This document shows positions 37,031 to 49,147 of a DNA stretch of 64,000 nt, piece after piece (within the stretch, counting starts at the first letter, position 1; every line of letters starts with the position of its first letter). The stretch lies in the NCBI RefSeq assembly GCF_001194135.2, contig NC_068989.1:41254234-41318233 (forward strand). The letters are read 5' to 3'. Both the position numbers and the translations under genes were made by a program. This DNA comes from Octopus bimaculoides. Its lineage: Eukaryota. Below the pieces are notes generated by a model. It worked only from the letters and a program-made list of their open reading frames with translations. It ran no database searches and had not been told where the DNA came from.

Positions 37031-39089
37031 AGAGGATCTAAGACTAAGAGTAAGACATACTGAAGTTGATTCAAATTTCTCTTGCTACTACTAAAATGAT
37101 TAACTTTGAGTTGATATTAAGAATTTATGTACTGATTTACTCCTATTTTGGCATCTATTAGGTTCAAATTGGTTGGAAGTCAGCAAAGAAAAGATCTGTA
37201 TTACAGTTCTAGATACAGGGTAGAATTTAAAAGAGAAATTCTGGGAAAGACATCATTGAGTATTACAAAAATAGCTTCTCTTCCTCTGAAGAATAACTTC
37301 TATGTTGGCCCAACTAACATCAGCTAGTAGTTCTTCCACATAACCCCTAACTCAGACTCCATATTAACCACTTTTCCCAATTATTCTTAACTAAAACATT
37401 AAGCAAATTGAAATCCCACTTCACCCTGTTTTTACTGCCTAAAAATGTCCAGACTGAACCATAATGATCTCAGAAGTCTTGGAGAACCTGAAAATGTCAT
37501 GGCCACAGGCCTTTCCTTCTGACTGAACAATTTTGACTTGGATCTATCATGAGCCCAAGGACTTATAAGACTTATAAGCTTAACCTGCTTTCCAGGGTAT
37601 ATGAGTGTCCAAGATTAGAACATTTCTCCCACCATTGAATGGAATGTCAATCTGTCATGGAGTTACCTTCTCAGTTATTGCTCATTTACAGTTGAATGAA
37701 CTGGAACAATGTGAAATGAAGTGTTCTGCTCAAGAAAACAATGCACTACCCAGTCCAGGAATCGAAATCATAATCATATAATTATGAATGCAACACTCTA
37801 ACCGCTGAACTATTAAACAAAAAAAAAAAAAGAATCTATATCATTGAATTCTTTTGTTCTACCTTACACCTTAAATTAGAATAAGGATCCTTTGTTCATT
37901 GAGCCCCACCAACTGACCAATCAGCCAACCAACCAGAATCTGATGCAAAAAAAAAGGGGCAATTCAATGGATATTAGTTATCAGCAGGAAAAATTTAGGC
38001 AAAGTGTGAATGACAGCAGGTTATTATTCTGGGTGCAGAGAATTAGAAAAAGTGGTTAATCAAAGGCCAGGATAAGGTGTAATAGAAAAAGGGATGAGAT
38101 ACATCAGAGGTGAGACACAGCCTAATCAGGGGCCAGCATAAGGTGAGTTAGAGCAGTGTGTGAGACACAGTAGAGGTGAGACACAGCCAGAGTGAGACAC
38201 AGTAAGGGTGTGATACAACAGGAATGTGTCAGGAGTACCTGAGAAGAGCTGGTATGTTTACTTCTAAGGCTTATCTTTCATAAGCTAGAAAGACACCCAC
38301 TTGGAGGGGAATACTCTGTGCATTCCCATTTTAATGTGGAATACACTAACTAATCATAGAACAACAACATTCCTCACAGAAACACAGTATTCAGACCCAG
38401 AACCTGGATACAACATTAAGACAGAAGATCAGGGTAACTGGTAAATTGTAATGAAACTGACCATTCTCAAACCAATCTGGTACCTACTCCTCCACAGCTA
38501 GGCAGACTGCAGTAATGTAGGCTAAAACGTCCCTTCTAAATTTGCACTGAAATATCAGTAAAAGATTTGAACACTAGACCTCTGAGCAAGTAGAACAAAA
38601 CCTTTATCTACACACAGAACACATGACTAATTAAAGACAAGGCTCTCATGCTGAGAGCTAAATCGTACACCCACATATACACAAACACACTATGGGCTTC
38701 CACACAGCATCTGTCAACCGACTTCCAATCACAAGACTTTAATCAATCCAAGGCTATTGTAGAAGACATTTGCCTATGGTGTCATGCAGTAGAATTGAAC
38801 CTAGAATCAATACAATAAAGTAGTAGCAAGTAGATACAAACAGCAGGTGACACTCCAACTACCCTAACTTATATGAGCAGAGTTTAGTGTCTTGCTCAAG
38901 AACACTGTACTATGTCAGACACTGGATAGAAATACTTCAGTACTGTAAGTGCTTGAGGACTAAAGTCTCCCCTGTGAACATAAGAAGTATAATGCTATGA
39001 TATTAATGCCTTTCTCCAAGGAGATGAGAAAGTTAGCAGCAATGTCATTAAGACCAGAAAGAAACAGAAGAGAAATGACAATGACTTAC

Positions 39090-39432
39090 TCTGTAGTAAC
39101 TTCTCTTTCGTCGAGTGAGATATGGCTTTGATGCATGCAACTGGTATCATTGTCGTGGTTAGGCCAGTCAAGATGCCTGTTGAAGGGTGATGAACATGAT
39201 GAAGATGTCGACATTGCTGATGGCGCATTGGGAGAAGTGGCTTCCACCAAATGCAAGTGTGTGTCCTTTGATTGTGCCACATGTACAGCAGCTAGGTACT
39301 TCTCCCTCTCTGCATTTGAGGTAAATCTCTTCAAATCATCCTCCTTCACTTGTATCGAGTTGGGGTTCAGCAGTTCATAAATAGAGGATAACAATAATTC
39401 TCGATCTTCAAGAGCTATTTCCTTTAAAGTAT
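39090..39432 (-). CDS. Internal coding exon: end of SAM-like domain plus Ser-rich linker (DTLKEIALEDRELLLSSIYELL...SLDEREVTT)
   Basis: Strong acceptor ttctttctttgaattttcttctacag|AT, donor AGA|GTAAGT. 343 nt, phase 1-2, open frame (ORF 39086-39478), non-repetitive sequence. Confidence 0.85.
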
Positions 39433-39584
39433 CTGTAGAAGAAAATTCAAAGAAAGAATTAAGGCTAAAAATGGACATTTAAGAATGAGGTTTAAGTCAA
39501 GTCTAAATATGATAAACAGATTAATGGTACAGTCTTTTGCTTCTTCTTTGATATTCTATTTTCACATGCACACCAAATTCTTCC

Positions 39585-39965
39585 TGCACTAAGAAGTTTG
39601 CTTCCCAACCACATGGTTCTAGGTTCAGTCCCACTGTGTGGCACTTTGGGCAATTATCTTCTCCTATAGCCATGAGTTGACCAAAACCTTGTGAGCAAAT
39701 TTGGTAGATAGAAACTGAAAGAAGCCCATCATATATATGTGTATGTGTGTCTTTCTTTGTATATGTGTTCATTCCCCCATCACTGCTTGACAAACAGCAT
39801 GGGTGTGTTTACGTATGTCCCCATAACTTGGCAGTTTGGCAAAAGAGACCAACAAAATAAGTACCAGGCCTTACAGAAAATAATAAGTACAGAAGTTGAT
39901 AAGTTTGACTAAAATTCTTCAAAACGGTGCCCCATCATGGTTGCACTCTAATGACTGAAACAAGT
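39585..39965 (+). mobile_element. tRNA-derived SINE, family 1 (plus orientation)
   Basis: gtttgcttcccaaccacatggttctaggttcagtcccactg ... aatgactgaaacaagta. Confidence 0.8.
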
Positions 39966-40748
39966 ATACAATACTATCTTCAGACAGCCTGAATCTTCAA
40001 TTTTCCAAACACATTCAGTTGATTCTGTCAGGATTACAGTATTTGCACTTACATTAACACTCATCCAAACTCTTTTCATACCAAACTCTTTCGAAACTTT
40101 TCCTAGTACTATGATATATTATGTTCGAACCTTTTTGCGTTCAGATTACTCGATCAAATCTAAGGCTTATTTATTCACATTGTTTTGAATTAATCATGCA
40201 TTATCTCATAGCTTTGAAATTTTGATGAAGTTAACGTTTATTTTTAGACTGATATTAGAGGGTAGGTGTGAAAGACCAAATCTAGCTGTTTTGAACACAA
40301 AACAGATAGAATATTTGGGCCAGATGTGACTGGTTTAAATCCTAAAGAGTTAAAAGGATCTAAATTAAAACCTTCCATCAAAATTTCATGTCAAATTCCC
40401 AAACCAGCTTAATAACAACAAAGTTATTTTGCTAGTGGTGTCACTTATTAGAAGTATGGTAATGATAGGGTAAGCAAACTGGTTACTGTTTTCAAAGGTA
40501 ATTGTCCAAAAATATACAAACAAACTTTCCAGGCTCTTTCAATTGTTAAGCACCTTTTTATATGCATGAGGCAGAAAAACTGGCAGAATCATAAGAGTGC
40601 CAGATAGAATGTCTTGTAGTATTTACTCTCGTTCTCTGTACTCTGGGTTCAAATATCACTCAAGGCAACTTTGCCTCAATGGGAAGCATGGAAAAGTGGA
40701 CTTTAAAGAATGATGATGATGACACACACACACACACAGAAATATATA

Positions 40749-40862
40749 AAGAAGAAGAAGAAGAAGAAGAAGAAGAAGAAGAAGAAGAAGAAGGAGGAGG
40801 AGGAGGAGGAGGAGGAGGAAGAGAAGAAGAAGAAGAAGAAGAAGAAGAAGAAGAAGAAGAAG
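40749..40862. repeat. (GAA)n-(GGA)n-(GAA)n microsatellite at the 3' end of the HERO-type element
   Basis: Directly visible. Confidence 0.95.
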
Positions 40863-42822
40863 ATTTCGGCCCATTATTCTCAGTATCTCTCTACACGGTG
40901 GGCCTGCAACAGCTGGACGTATTGCCTTGCAACCGGGCTCATGCCACTTCTGTGGTCTGATACACTTTCACAAACCTCCTGGTAATCCAAGCACTACCCT
41001 CAACTGCTTTCTCCCCACATTCCTTGATGATCCTCCTCACAGCAGATACACTAGCCACCTTCAGAAACCTTCTGAGAGAAGCTGCTGGGAAATCCCTGCA
41101 GCCAACCTTGAACGCAACCAGCTCACAGATGTAACCCTTCATCCGAATCTCAGCTATCAGCTCTTCATAGCCCAACAGCTTCTACTCATGGGCCTCAGCA
41201 ATGCTCTCCTCCCATAGCATTGTCAGCTCCCCAAGTACCACATGTCTCTGACCCTCATCTACTAAAACAAGGTCAGGCTGGAGTACTGACACCACGATGC
41301 TTTCAGGCAATGGCTTGTCCACAAAAACCTCCCATTTTCTGTCTTTGGCCTGCCGAGGTTCCAGTCTCTTTGGCATCACACCTTGCTGCACAAATGCTGT
41401 CATGCACAATCTTAGTTCAGGCACTCGACTCTCTCTTGCAGCTGAAGCAACAACATGTAGCACTAAATTATGACTAAATGTATACCACCCTGACTGGAGT
41501 GCTTTTGGGCAAGCTGACAGGATGTGTTTGAGGCTGCCATACTTCCCACACAAGTGGTACTGGGGACTCTCTTGGATACCTTATTTTTTTAGATTCGCTG
41601 GAGACGGATGCACATCATAAGCAGTCTGGATCAGAGCTTTCAAATGCCCTGCACTCAACCGCCACCAATCAGACCACTTCAACTCCAGCTTTTCGACATC
41701 ATCCCAATTCAGCCACCGACCCTACTGTGCTTGTTGCACTGCATGACCCAGACGTCTCTCATCTTCCAGCTGCCTTACTTGTTGTTCACATAGCTTCTGC
41801 TGTTCTTGTTTACTTAACTCAGATCAAAACCACTCTCTCTTGACAAGCCCCACACCAGTCCTGCTGTCTATAATCACTCCACACACTCCAGCATGCTGGG
41901 TCATCTCATCAAGCTACTGCATCACCTGTGACCTTCCACTTCCTACCAGTTTTAAAATCTGGTGGATTGCCCTGGATCACAGTGTCCCTTGACTCAGACA
42001 GCATCAATCACAGACGCACCTTGGAGACCTTGTACTCCTCCACTAGTGACGTCAGGGGCAACTGGAGCATACCCTGGTTGCCATAAAGGGCAACAGATGA
42101 AAGGCACTTCGAAAGGGCAAGCCACTTCCTTACCTTCTTATTGATCTTACGTTCAACTGTTTCAATCCTTGTTAGAGAAACTTCATACACAGTTATGTAC
42201 CACAGCAGTCTTGGGAGCAACCCAAAATGCATGTACCACACCTTGAACTTCCCTGGCAAACTTGCTTGATCAATGCTCTTTAGCCCTGTCTCTGCCTGCT
42301 TCTGCAGTTCAACACCACGATGCTTATCTGTGAGGGGAAAACTGACTTTTGACACTTTGCTCACGAACAGTTGGTATTTGCTCTCCACTGATGCTGAAAA
42401 CCAAATTTACAAGCGATCCACCCTTCAGTGAAAGGTCTAAATGCTATCCGACTCCAGCTGATCAGTTCAGACAGTCTATTCACCATGTCTCTGGCAACGT
42501 TGATATTCTCCTGCGCAATGGTGAGATCATCCATGAACACTCTCAGTTTTACTTCTCCTCGGTTGAACCTGTGCTCAGGCATTAAGCCCCTCAGTATAAT
42601 CTCCATGACCATCACAAAAAGGGTTGGTGAGATGGCACAGCCCATTGCAATCCCCTTTTGTAGATCAATGTATTCAGTGGTGTACTTTGCAATAGAGAAC
42701 CGAAACATGAACTGGTCAAAGTATATGGATAGAATGCTTTGGAGTTTCTGGGGCACATAGAAGAACTCCAGGGCTACCTGTATCATGTTATGAGGCACAG
42801 AACCATATGCATTTGCTAGGTG
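40863..42822 (-). mobile_element. 5'-truncated, frameshifted non-LTR retrotransposon with RT, CCHC knuckle and restriction-like endonuclease (HERO-type, R2-superfamily RLE group)
   Basis: LANAYGSVPH, KGIAMGCAISP, VFMDDLT (RT); LPGKFKVWY..GLLPRLLW..VYEV; CGKYGSLKHILSACPKAL (CCHC); LQPDLVL..VVLGELTMLWEE and FKVGCRDF (PD..D/E-type RLE). Confidence 0.9.
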
Positions 42823-43049
42823 CAGTCATACAACATGCAGCTCCTTATACAATGCTTTCTTCTCTATATGTATGTATACACACACACATGCACACATATA
42901 TATGTATGTATACATATAAATACATGAACTCACACATATGCATACACAATGAGCTCTCATACACTTTCTGTTTATCAAATTTCCCTCACATTGTATTATT
43001 AAACTCCAAGATGCGTTGGGGAATTCAAGAAGACCTGTCCACCACAACA

Positions 43050-43272
43050 GAATTGAGGTTCCACATAAAAAGCACTGGTGCTGATGTCATGTAAAAAGCG
43101 CCAAGTACACTCCATAAAGTGATTGGCATCATGAAGGGTATCCAGCTGTAAAAACCAAGCCAAAACAGACACTGGAACCTGGTGTGGTCCCTGACCTAGC
43201 CAGTTCCTGTCAAGCTGCCCAACCCATGCCAGCATGGAAAACGGATATGAAATGATGATGATGATGACGATG
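43050..43272 (+). mobile_element. Diverged RTE-type 3' end
   Basis: aagggtatccagctgtaaaaac...aacccatgccagcatggaaaacgg..atgatgatg. Confidence 0.65.
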
Positions 43273-43653
43273 GTAGCAGACATTTACTTAAGGTGCCACA
43301 GTATAATTTAACCCACAGCCATGTGGTTGCAAAGCAAAAATCTTAACTACACAGATTTGCCTGCACACACTGTTAGACTTTGGCACAGAAAGACTGACAT
43401 ATGTCTCAGAACCACTTCCAAGACATACTACAACGACAGCTAATAGAATGAAATGAAGAACACCTTGGTTTATAAAACAGGTATTAAAGACAGAAGAGGA
43501 AATGGTTGGCAGAGACAGCCTATATCGACATCCAGAGTTTTATCAATTTTATTTAAGTAAATCAGTGATGTGTGCAAAGTATAGAGATAGTGGGTTAGAG
43601 CAGAGTTGTATATTTGTATGACTGAGACATATGTATGTGAGTGTGTAGATATG

Positions 43654-43701
<48 letters not shown>

Positions 43702-43872
43702 TGATGTGCAAATGTAGATGTCTGTGCATGTGTGTATGTACACAAGTAGTAACTATGTGTATAAAATTAATGAGTATGTAAACAGAATCAGTGAATGTGT
43801 ATTTATATACACTGCGGTTGTGGGATTGTGGGTATGAGTGTGAGTGTATGCAAATATAGAAAAGGTGTGTGT

Positions 43873-43903
<31 letters not shown>

Positions 43904-43979
43904 CACACTAGTAGTGAGTATGTATGTGTAAAAGAAATGAGTATGTATGCATAATGAGTTAGTGAATACGTATGTACTC

Positions 43980-44020
<41 letters not shown>

Positions 44021-44987
44021 ATGTACATGTTGAAGTAGTGAGTTTGTAGAGGTAATGTGTATGTATGAATAATGGAATGGGATACAGACACATACACACA
44101 TATACATATATTATCATCATAATCATCATCACCAATATTTAATGGCAATGTTCCATATAGGTACAGGTTAAATGGTTCAGTTGCATTCAAAGGAACTAAA
44201 GGACTGCATCATGCTCCAATGTCTACTTTGACATGGTTTCTATGGCTGAATAACCTTGATAATGCCAACCACTTTACAGTGTGCACTAGGTGCTTCTTTT
44301 TTTTTTTTTCTTTTTTTTTTTGTACTACCATCACTAATGAAGTTGCCATACAGCTTGCAAGACTACAAATCCTGAGAGAGGCAGCTTTATGCAAGAAGAT
44401 AAGTGTTAAAGCATGAGAGAAGAGGTCAGAGAAGAACAGGCATCTTGTTGTAGACGGGTTACATGACTGCTCACATTTTAGAAGAGAGAGTAATCAGTGT
44501 GGAGTAGAGAGGAGATAAAATTAGTGTTGTGGTTTCTGGGTGGACCCTCAAAGTATAAAGTGAGTAGAAGTGAATGGTGGGATGAGGAGCAGAAGAGCTG
44601 GGCATCTGGATGGGTAAAGGTTGCAATAATGTATGAAAGAGAGATGGGGAAGCGGGAGAGGGAGTCAATATTATGAATAAGTTAAGGCAGTGAGCTGGCA
44701 GAACTGTTAGCATGCTCGGCAAAATGCTTAGGGGCGTTCTGTCTTTCTTTACATTCTGAGTTCAAATTCTGCCAAGGCTGACTTTACCTTTCATTGTTTT
44801 GGGGTTGATAAAATAAGTACCAGCTGAGCATTGGTGTCGATGTAATCAACTTAACCACCCTCCTGGAATTGCTGGCCTTGTGCCAAAGTTTGAAATCAAT
44901 ATTTTTCATGCAGTGAAGGCAGCAAGCTGGCAAAATCATTAGCACACCAGGCAAAATGCTTAGTGGCAGTTCATCTGTTTTTACATT

Positions 44988-45236
44988 CATCATCATCGTT
45001 TAACATCCGCTTTCCATGCTAGCATGGGTTGGACGATTTGACTGAAGAATGGTGAACCAGGTGGTTATACCAGGCTCCAATCTGATTTGGCAGAGTTTCT
45101 ACAGCTGGATGCCCTTCCTAACGCCAACCACTCCGAGTGTGTAGTAGGTGCTTTTACGTGCCACCAGCACGAAGGCCAGTCAGGCAGAACTGGCAATGGC
45201 CACGCTCAAAATGGTGTATTTTACATGCCACCCACA
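44988..45236 (-). mobile_element. 3' end of the RTE-type LINE, inserted in a SINE
   Basis: Same 3' UTR; acattc is duplicated at both ends and the host SINE resumes with tgaattcaaattctgcc. Confidence 0.75.
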
Positions 45237-46597
45237 TTCTGAATTCAAATTCTGCCAACATTGACTCTACCTTTCATCCTTTCAGGATCGATAAAATAAG
45301 TACCGGGTGTAATCAACTTATTCTCTCCCACAAACTTGCTGGCCTTGTGCCAAAATTTGAAGCCAAAGGTAAAAAGGGTAAGGACCCCCTTCAGTCATGA
45401 ATGACCATGGGATGCATCTAGAAAGTTCCCCTCCACGGCACAAGTCAAGCAAGGTAATTCGGGGAAGACTGGCAATCACCCATGCATACCAGCCTCTCCT
45501 CTCCACACCATCAATATTATCCAAAGGAAAGGCAAAGGCCAATGCAGCTTGGTACCAGTGCCGTTGCAACTCATTTCTACAGCTGAGTGAACTGGAGCAA
45601 CGTGAAGTAAAGTGTCTTGCTTAAGAACACAACACACAGCCCAAACCAAGACTCAAGCTCACTACCACATGAATGTGAGCCTGGTGCTCTAACCACTGAG
45701 CCATGTGAAGGAAAATAGAGTGACAACTGTAGTGATTGAGATGGGTGCAGGGGCAGAAGTAGTGAAGGGGTGGGGTGGGACTGGTGACCAATGATGCATA
45801 GGGGTGAAGAATAGCAGAACAGTAATGATATACAGCAGACAAGGATGAAAGAGATGACAAGTAGTTAGGTAGGGTACAAGAATGTTGGGGAGGGGAGAGA
45901 GGTAGGCATAGTGCATGGGGGAGAGTAAGAGACTGTATAGTGATGAGGGAGAGAGATAATTTGGAGAGAGATACATAGATATACATACATATATATACAT
46001 ATATATATATAATAATATTATTAGGGACAAAATCCAAAATTACAGGTAAAAAACTCAATTAAAATCAATTTATAAAAAATTAAATTGAGCCTTATAGATA
46101 AAGTATATATAAAATATATATAGTTTTAGGGAAAATAACCAATTTTCAAGAACTCATCGATGAAAATCCACTATCACATATAGAAAAATTAATAATTAAA
46201 AGCACAATAAATGAGTATAATATAAAGNNNNNNNNNNNNNNNNNNNNNNNNNNNNNNNNNNNNNNNNNNNNNNNNNNNNNNNNNNNNNNNNNNNNNNNNN
46301 NNNNNNNNNNNNNNNNNNNNNNNNNNNNNNNNNNNNNNNNNNNNNNNNNNNNNNNNNNNNNNNNNNNNNNNNNNNNNNNNNNNNNNNNNNNNNNNNNNNN
46401 NNNNNNNNNNNNNNNNNNNNNNNNNNNNNNNNNNNNNNNNNNNNNNNNNNNNNNNNNNNNNNNNNNNNNNNNNNNNNNNNNNNNNNNNNNNNNNNNNNNN
46501 NNNNNNNNNNNNNNNNNNNNNNNNNNNNNNNNNNNNNNNNNATACATACATATATATACATATATATACATACACATATATATACATATATTTCATA

Positions 46598-46762
46598 CAT
46601 AAATATATAGGGATTGACAGTAACCTGCTTCTCCAACATACTGAGAATTCAGAAATAGCAGTCAAAGAACTACTGATTTTAAAACTACAAATTATTACTC
46701 CATATTTCTGAATTCTCAGTATGTTGGAGAAGCAGGTTACTGTCAATCCCTATATATTTATG
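46598..46762. repeat. Perfect 60-bp inverted repeat with 45-nt loop
   Basis: 46598-46657 is the exact reverse complement of 46703-46762 (checked base by base). Confidence 0.95.
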
Positions 46763-47072
46763 ATTATAAATGTTTTTTACCGAAAAGGTTTTCATACTGA
46801 GCTACCCGGCAAAATTGTTAATTATTAATTTTATTACTAATTGACGATTCCCTGCCCTGCATATCTATATTTCATACATATATATTTACATATATATATA
46901 TATATATATATATACATACATACATACATATACATATATATATACATATATGCATACATACATATATACATTTATTCTACTTAATGTACATACACTGTTG
47001 ACAGGTAAGATGCTGTAATTTTCATCCAAGATAAAAATTTTTTATAGATGTGTTGTTTTAAAAACACATGTA

Positions 47073-47282
47073 TGAGGGGGTGCTGAAAAGTTTCTGGCTT
47101 TAAGGGTATCGTGAAAGGCCTGCCTGGAGGCCTGACCTTCCAAGTTCTTTTACAGGGCTTAGAAAAACTGAAGGATTTTAAGAGTGTGGATCTGAGAGGG
47201 AAATATGCTGAATAAAATCATAATTAACTGATCCTCCTGTATTTTCTTTTACACAGAACCAGGAATTTTTCAGCACCCCTTG
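47073..47282. mobile_element. Mariner-derived MITE (~210 bp)
   Basis: TA-flanked TIRs tgagggggtgctgaaaagtttctgg / ccaggaatttttcagcaccccttg, related to the TIRs of the 10963 mariner. Confidence 0.75.
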
Positions 47283-47486
47283 TATATTGGAGGGAGATAT
47301 AAAATTATCAGGGCAGAGGCTAGCAAGAACACCAGACACATTTCAGTCTTGCCCGTCAATGTGTGTATACACTTAGTATGAAACATAGATGTACATGTGC
47401 ATGTTTAGAAGGAAGGTGTATCAAAACAGCAATAAACTATATCAATTATTCAATAAGGAAATAGTATTCTTGTGGAATACTAGACA

Positions 47487-47645
47487 CAGATGTTCAACAG
47501 ATACTTAACAGATGTTCAACAGATACCTAACAGATGTTCAACAGATACTTAACAGATGTTCAACAGATACCTAACAGATGTTCAACAGATACTTAACAGA
47601 TGTTCAACAGATACTTAACAGATGTTCAACAGATATTCAACAAAC
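47487..47645. repeat. 22-bp minisatellite (aacagatgttc-aacagatacYt) x ~7
   Basis: Directly visible. Built from two 11-mers, with alternating actt/acct variants in the first five units. Confidence 0.95.
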
Positions 47646-47676
47646 TATAGAGAGAATACTGAAGGCAGATTTTTAA

Positions 47677-47897
47677 CCCTTTAGCATTTAAACTGACTAT
47701 ATCAGTCCCATATATTCTACCTGTTTTATGCTCAAACAGGACAGATCTGGCCTCTCATACCTACCCTACAATATCATTCTAAAACATAAACAATCATATC
47801 ATTGAAATCTTGAAGCTACAAGGTAATTCATGATTAATTCAAAACATTGTGAATAAATAAGCATTACATTTGACAGAATAATCTGAATGCTAATGGG
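47677..47897. mobile_element. TTAA-specific MITE family A
   Basis: TTAA TSDs at 47673-47676 and 47898-47901; TIR ccctttagcatt / aatgctaatggg. Confidence 0.8.
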
Positions 47898-49096
47898 TTA
47901 ACTGGCACTCCATCAGTTATGACAAGAGTTCCAGTTGATCCGATCAACAGAACAGCCTGCTCGTAAAATTGATGTGCAAGTGGCTGAGCACTCCACAGAC
48001 ATGCTTATCCTGAACATAGGTCTCAGGGAGATTCAGTATGATACAGAATGCGACAAGGTTAGCCCTTTCAAATACAGGCACTACTGAGTATACTCACAGA
48101 TAAGTCATACAAGCAGATATGCTACAGCCTTAGTTTGGAGTAGTCAAAGTAAGTATTTGCAGCTGACTCGTAGGTAGGTTGCACTATAATCGGAGGAGTT
48201 ACATGGCCCTTTTTTAACGTAGATATAACTAATATTCATTAAATATTATCAAATATTCACCTTTATTTCAAAACTTGGCTTACAAATTTTAGAGCATTTT
48301 AGCGGAATTGACTTTATGAAAGTTGTCTAACTGATAAATCAGCTGAGCGAAAAAAAATTGATAAGTATCAACTTGACAAGAAAAATGTCTAGAATTACAA
48401 ACAGAACAGAAAAGATGTTACATAAGGCTACTGATACACTGCGGTCTACTTCAGATCACCGTGATGTCAAGTAGATAGGTCACATCCCTGATTTGTATTG
48501 AAATTTCTGGTAAAAGAAATGTGCAACCTATCCTTGAGTATATATGGTGCTCATTTTTGTCAGTTGAATGGACTGGTACTAAGTGAAAAAAATTGTCTTG
48601 TTCAAGGATACAACATGCCACCAAGAATCAAACTCACAACCTTATATTTGTGAACCAAATACTCTAACCACAAAACGATGGGCCTTTACGAAGACTAAAC
48701 GGAGGTTGACTAAAATGCGTGGTTGTTAACAGATGTTTTCAATAAACTATCTGGAATACAAATTACAGATGTTTAACAGATATAAAATAAATTGTGAGGT
48801 TGTTAACAGATGTCCAAAAACTATGAGGAATAGTAAAGACTGATGTTTTTAACAGATGCTAAACTGTGATTGTTAACATGTTTAAACAGTGTCCCTGTTA
48901 ACAGATGTTATGTAAACATAAATACAAGAGACAGATATTAATAGAATTATAAATAAATTGTATAGAATATCACAGACACGGCTATAAACATAGTAAAGTA
49001 TCATTCTATGCTATAAACAACTACAAAATAAAATTTTGAATTCAAAAAGTTCAGTAATGAACATAAATAAAAACAAAAATATGTAAAATATATTAC

Positions 49097-49147
49097 CAAG
49101 AAAATGTAAGTTTCCTTCCACCAAAGTGGTCCCTGTAACTTGGTTCT
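49097..49147 (-). CDS. Internal coding exon, middle of a SAM-like domain: (x)NQVTGTTLVEGNLHFL(D)
   Basis: Acceptor ttatcttttatgtttcag|AG, donor TTG|GTAATA. 51 nt, phase 1-1. Joins in frame to exon 39090-39432 giving NQVTGTTLVEGNLHFLDTLKEIALEDRELLLSSIYELL, which resembles the SAM pattern N.IdG..Ll.l....L.elgi....R..ll.aI..L. Confidence 0.7.

Noticed and set aside
38100-38220. Four to five tgagacacag motifs at ~16-bp spacing
   Set aside because: Looks like a decayed short minisatellite; nothing else supports function.
40656-40985. Poly-L/E/K ORFs; similar ORFs at 14673-14883, 34923-35359, 43470-44190, 52043-52381 and 24760-25036
   Set aside because: Microsatellite translations.
48721-48915. 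Repeat-spacer appearance reminiscent of CRISPR
   Set aside because: Eukaryotic context, repeats short and degenerate, spacers related to one another, no cas genes.
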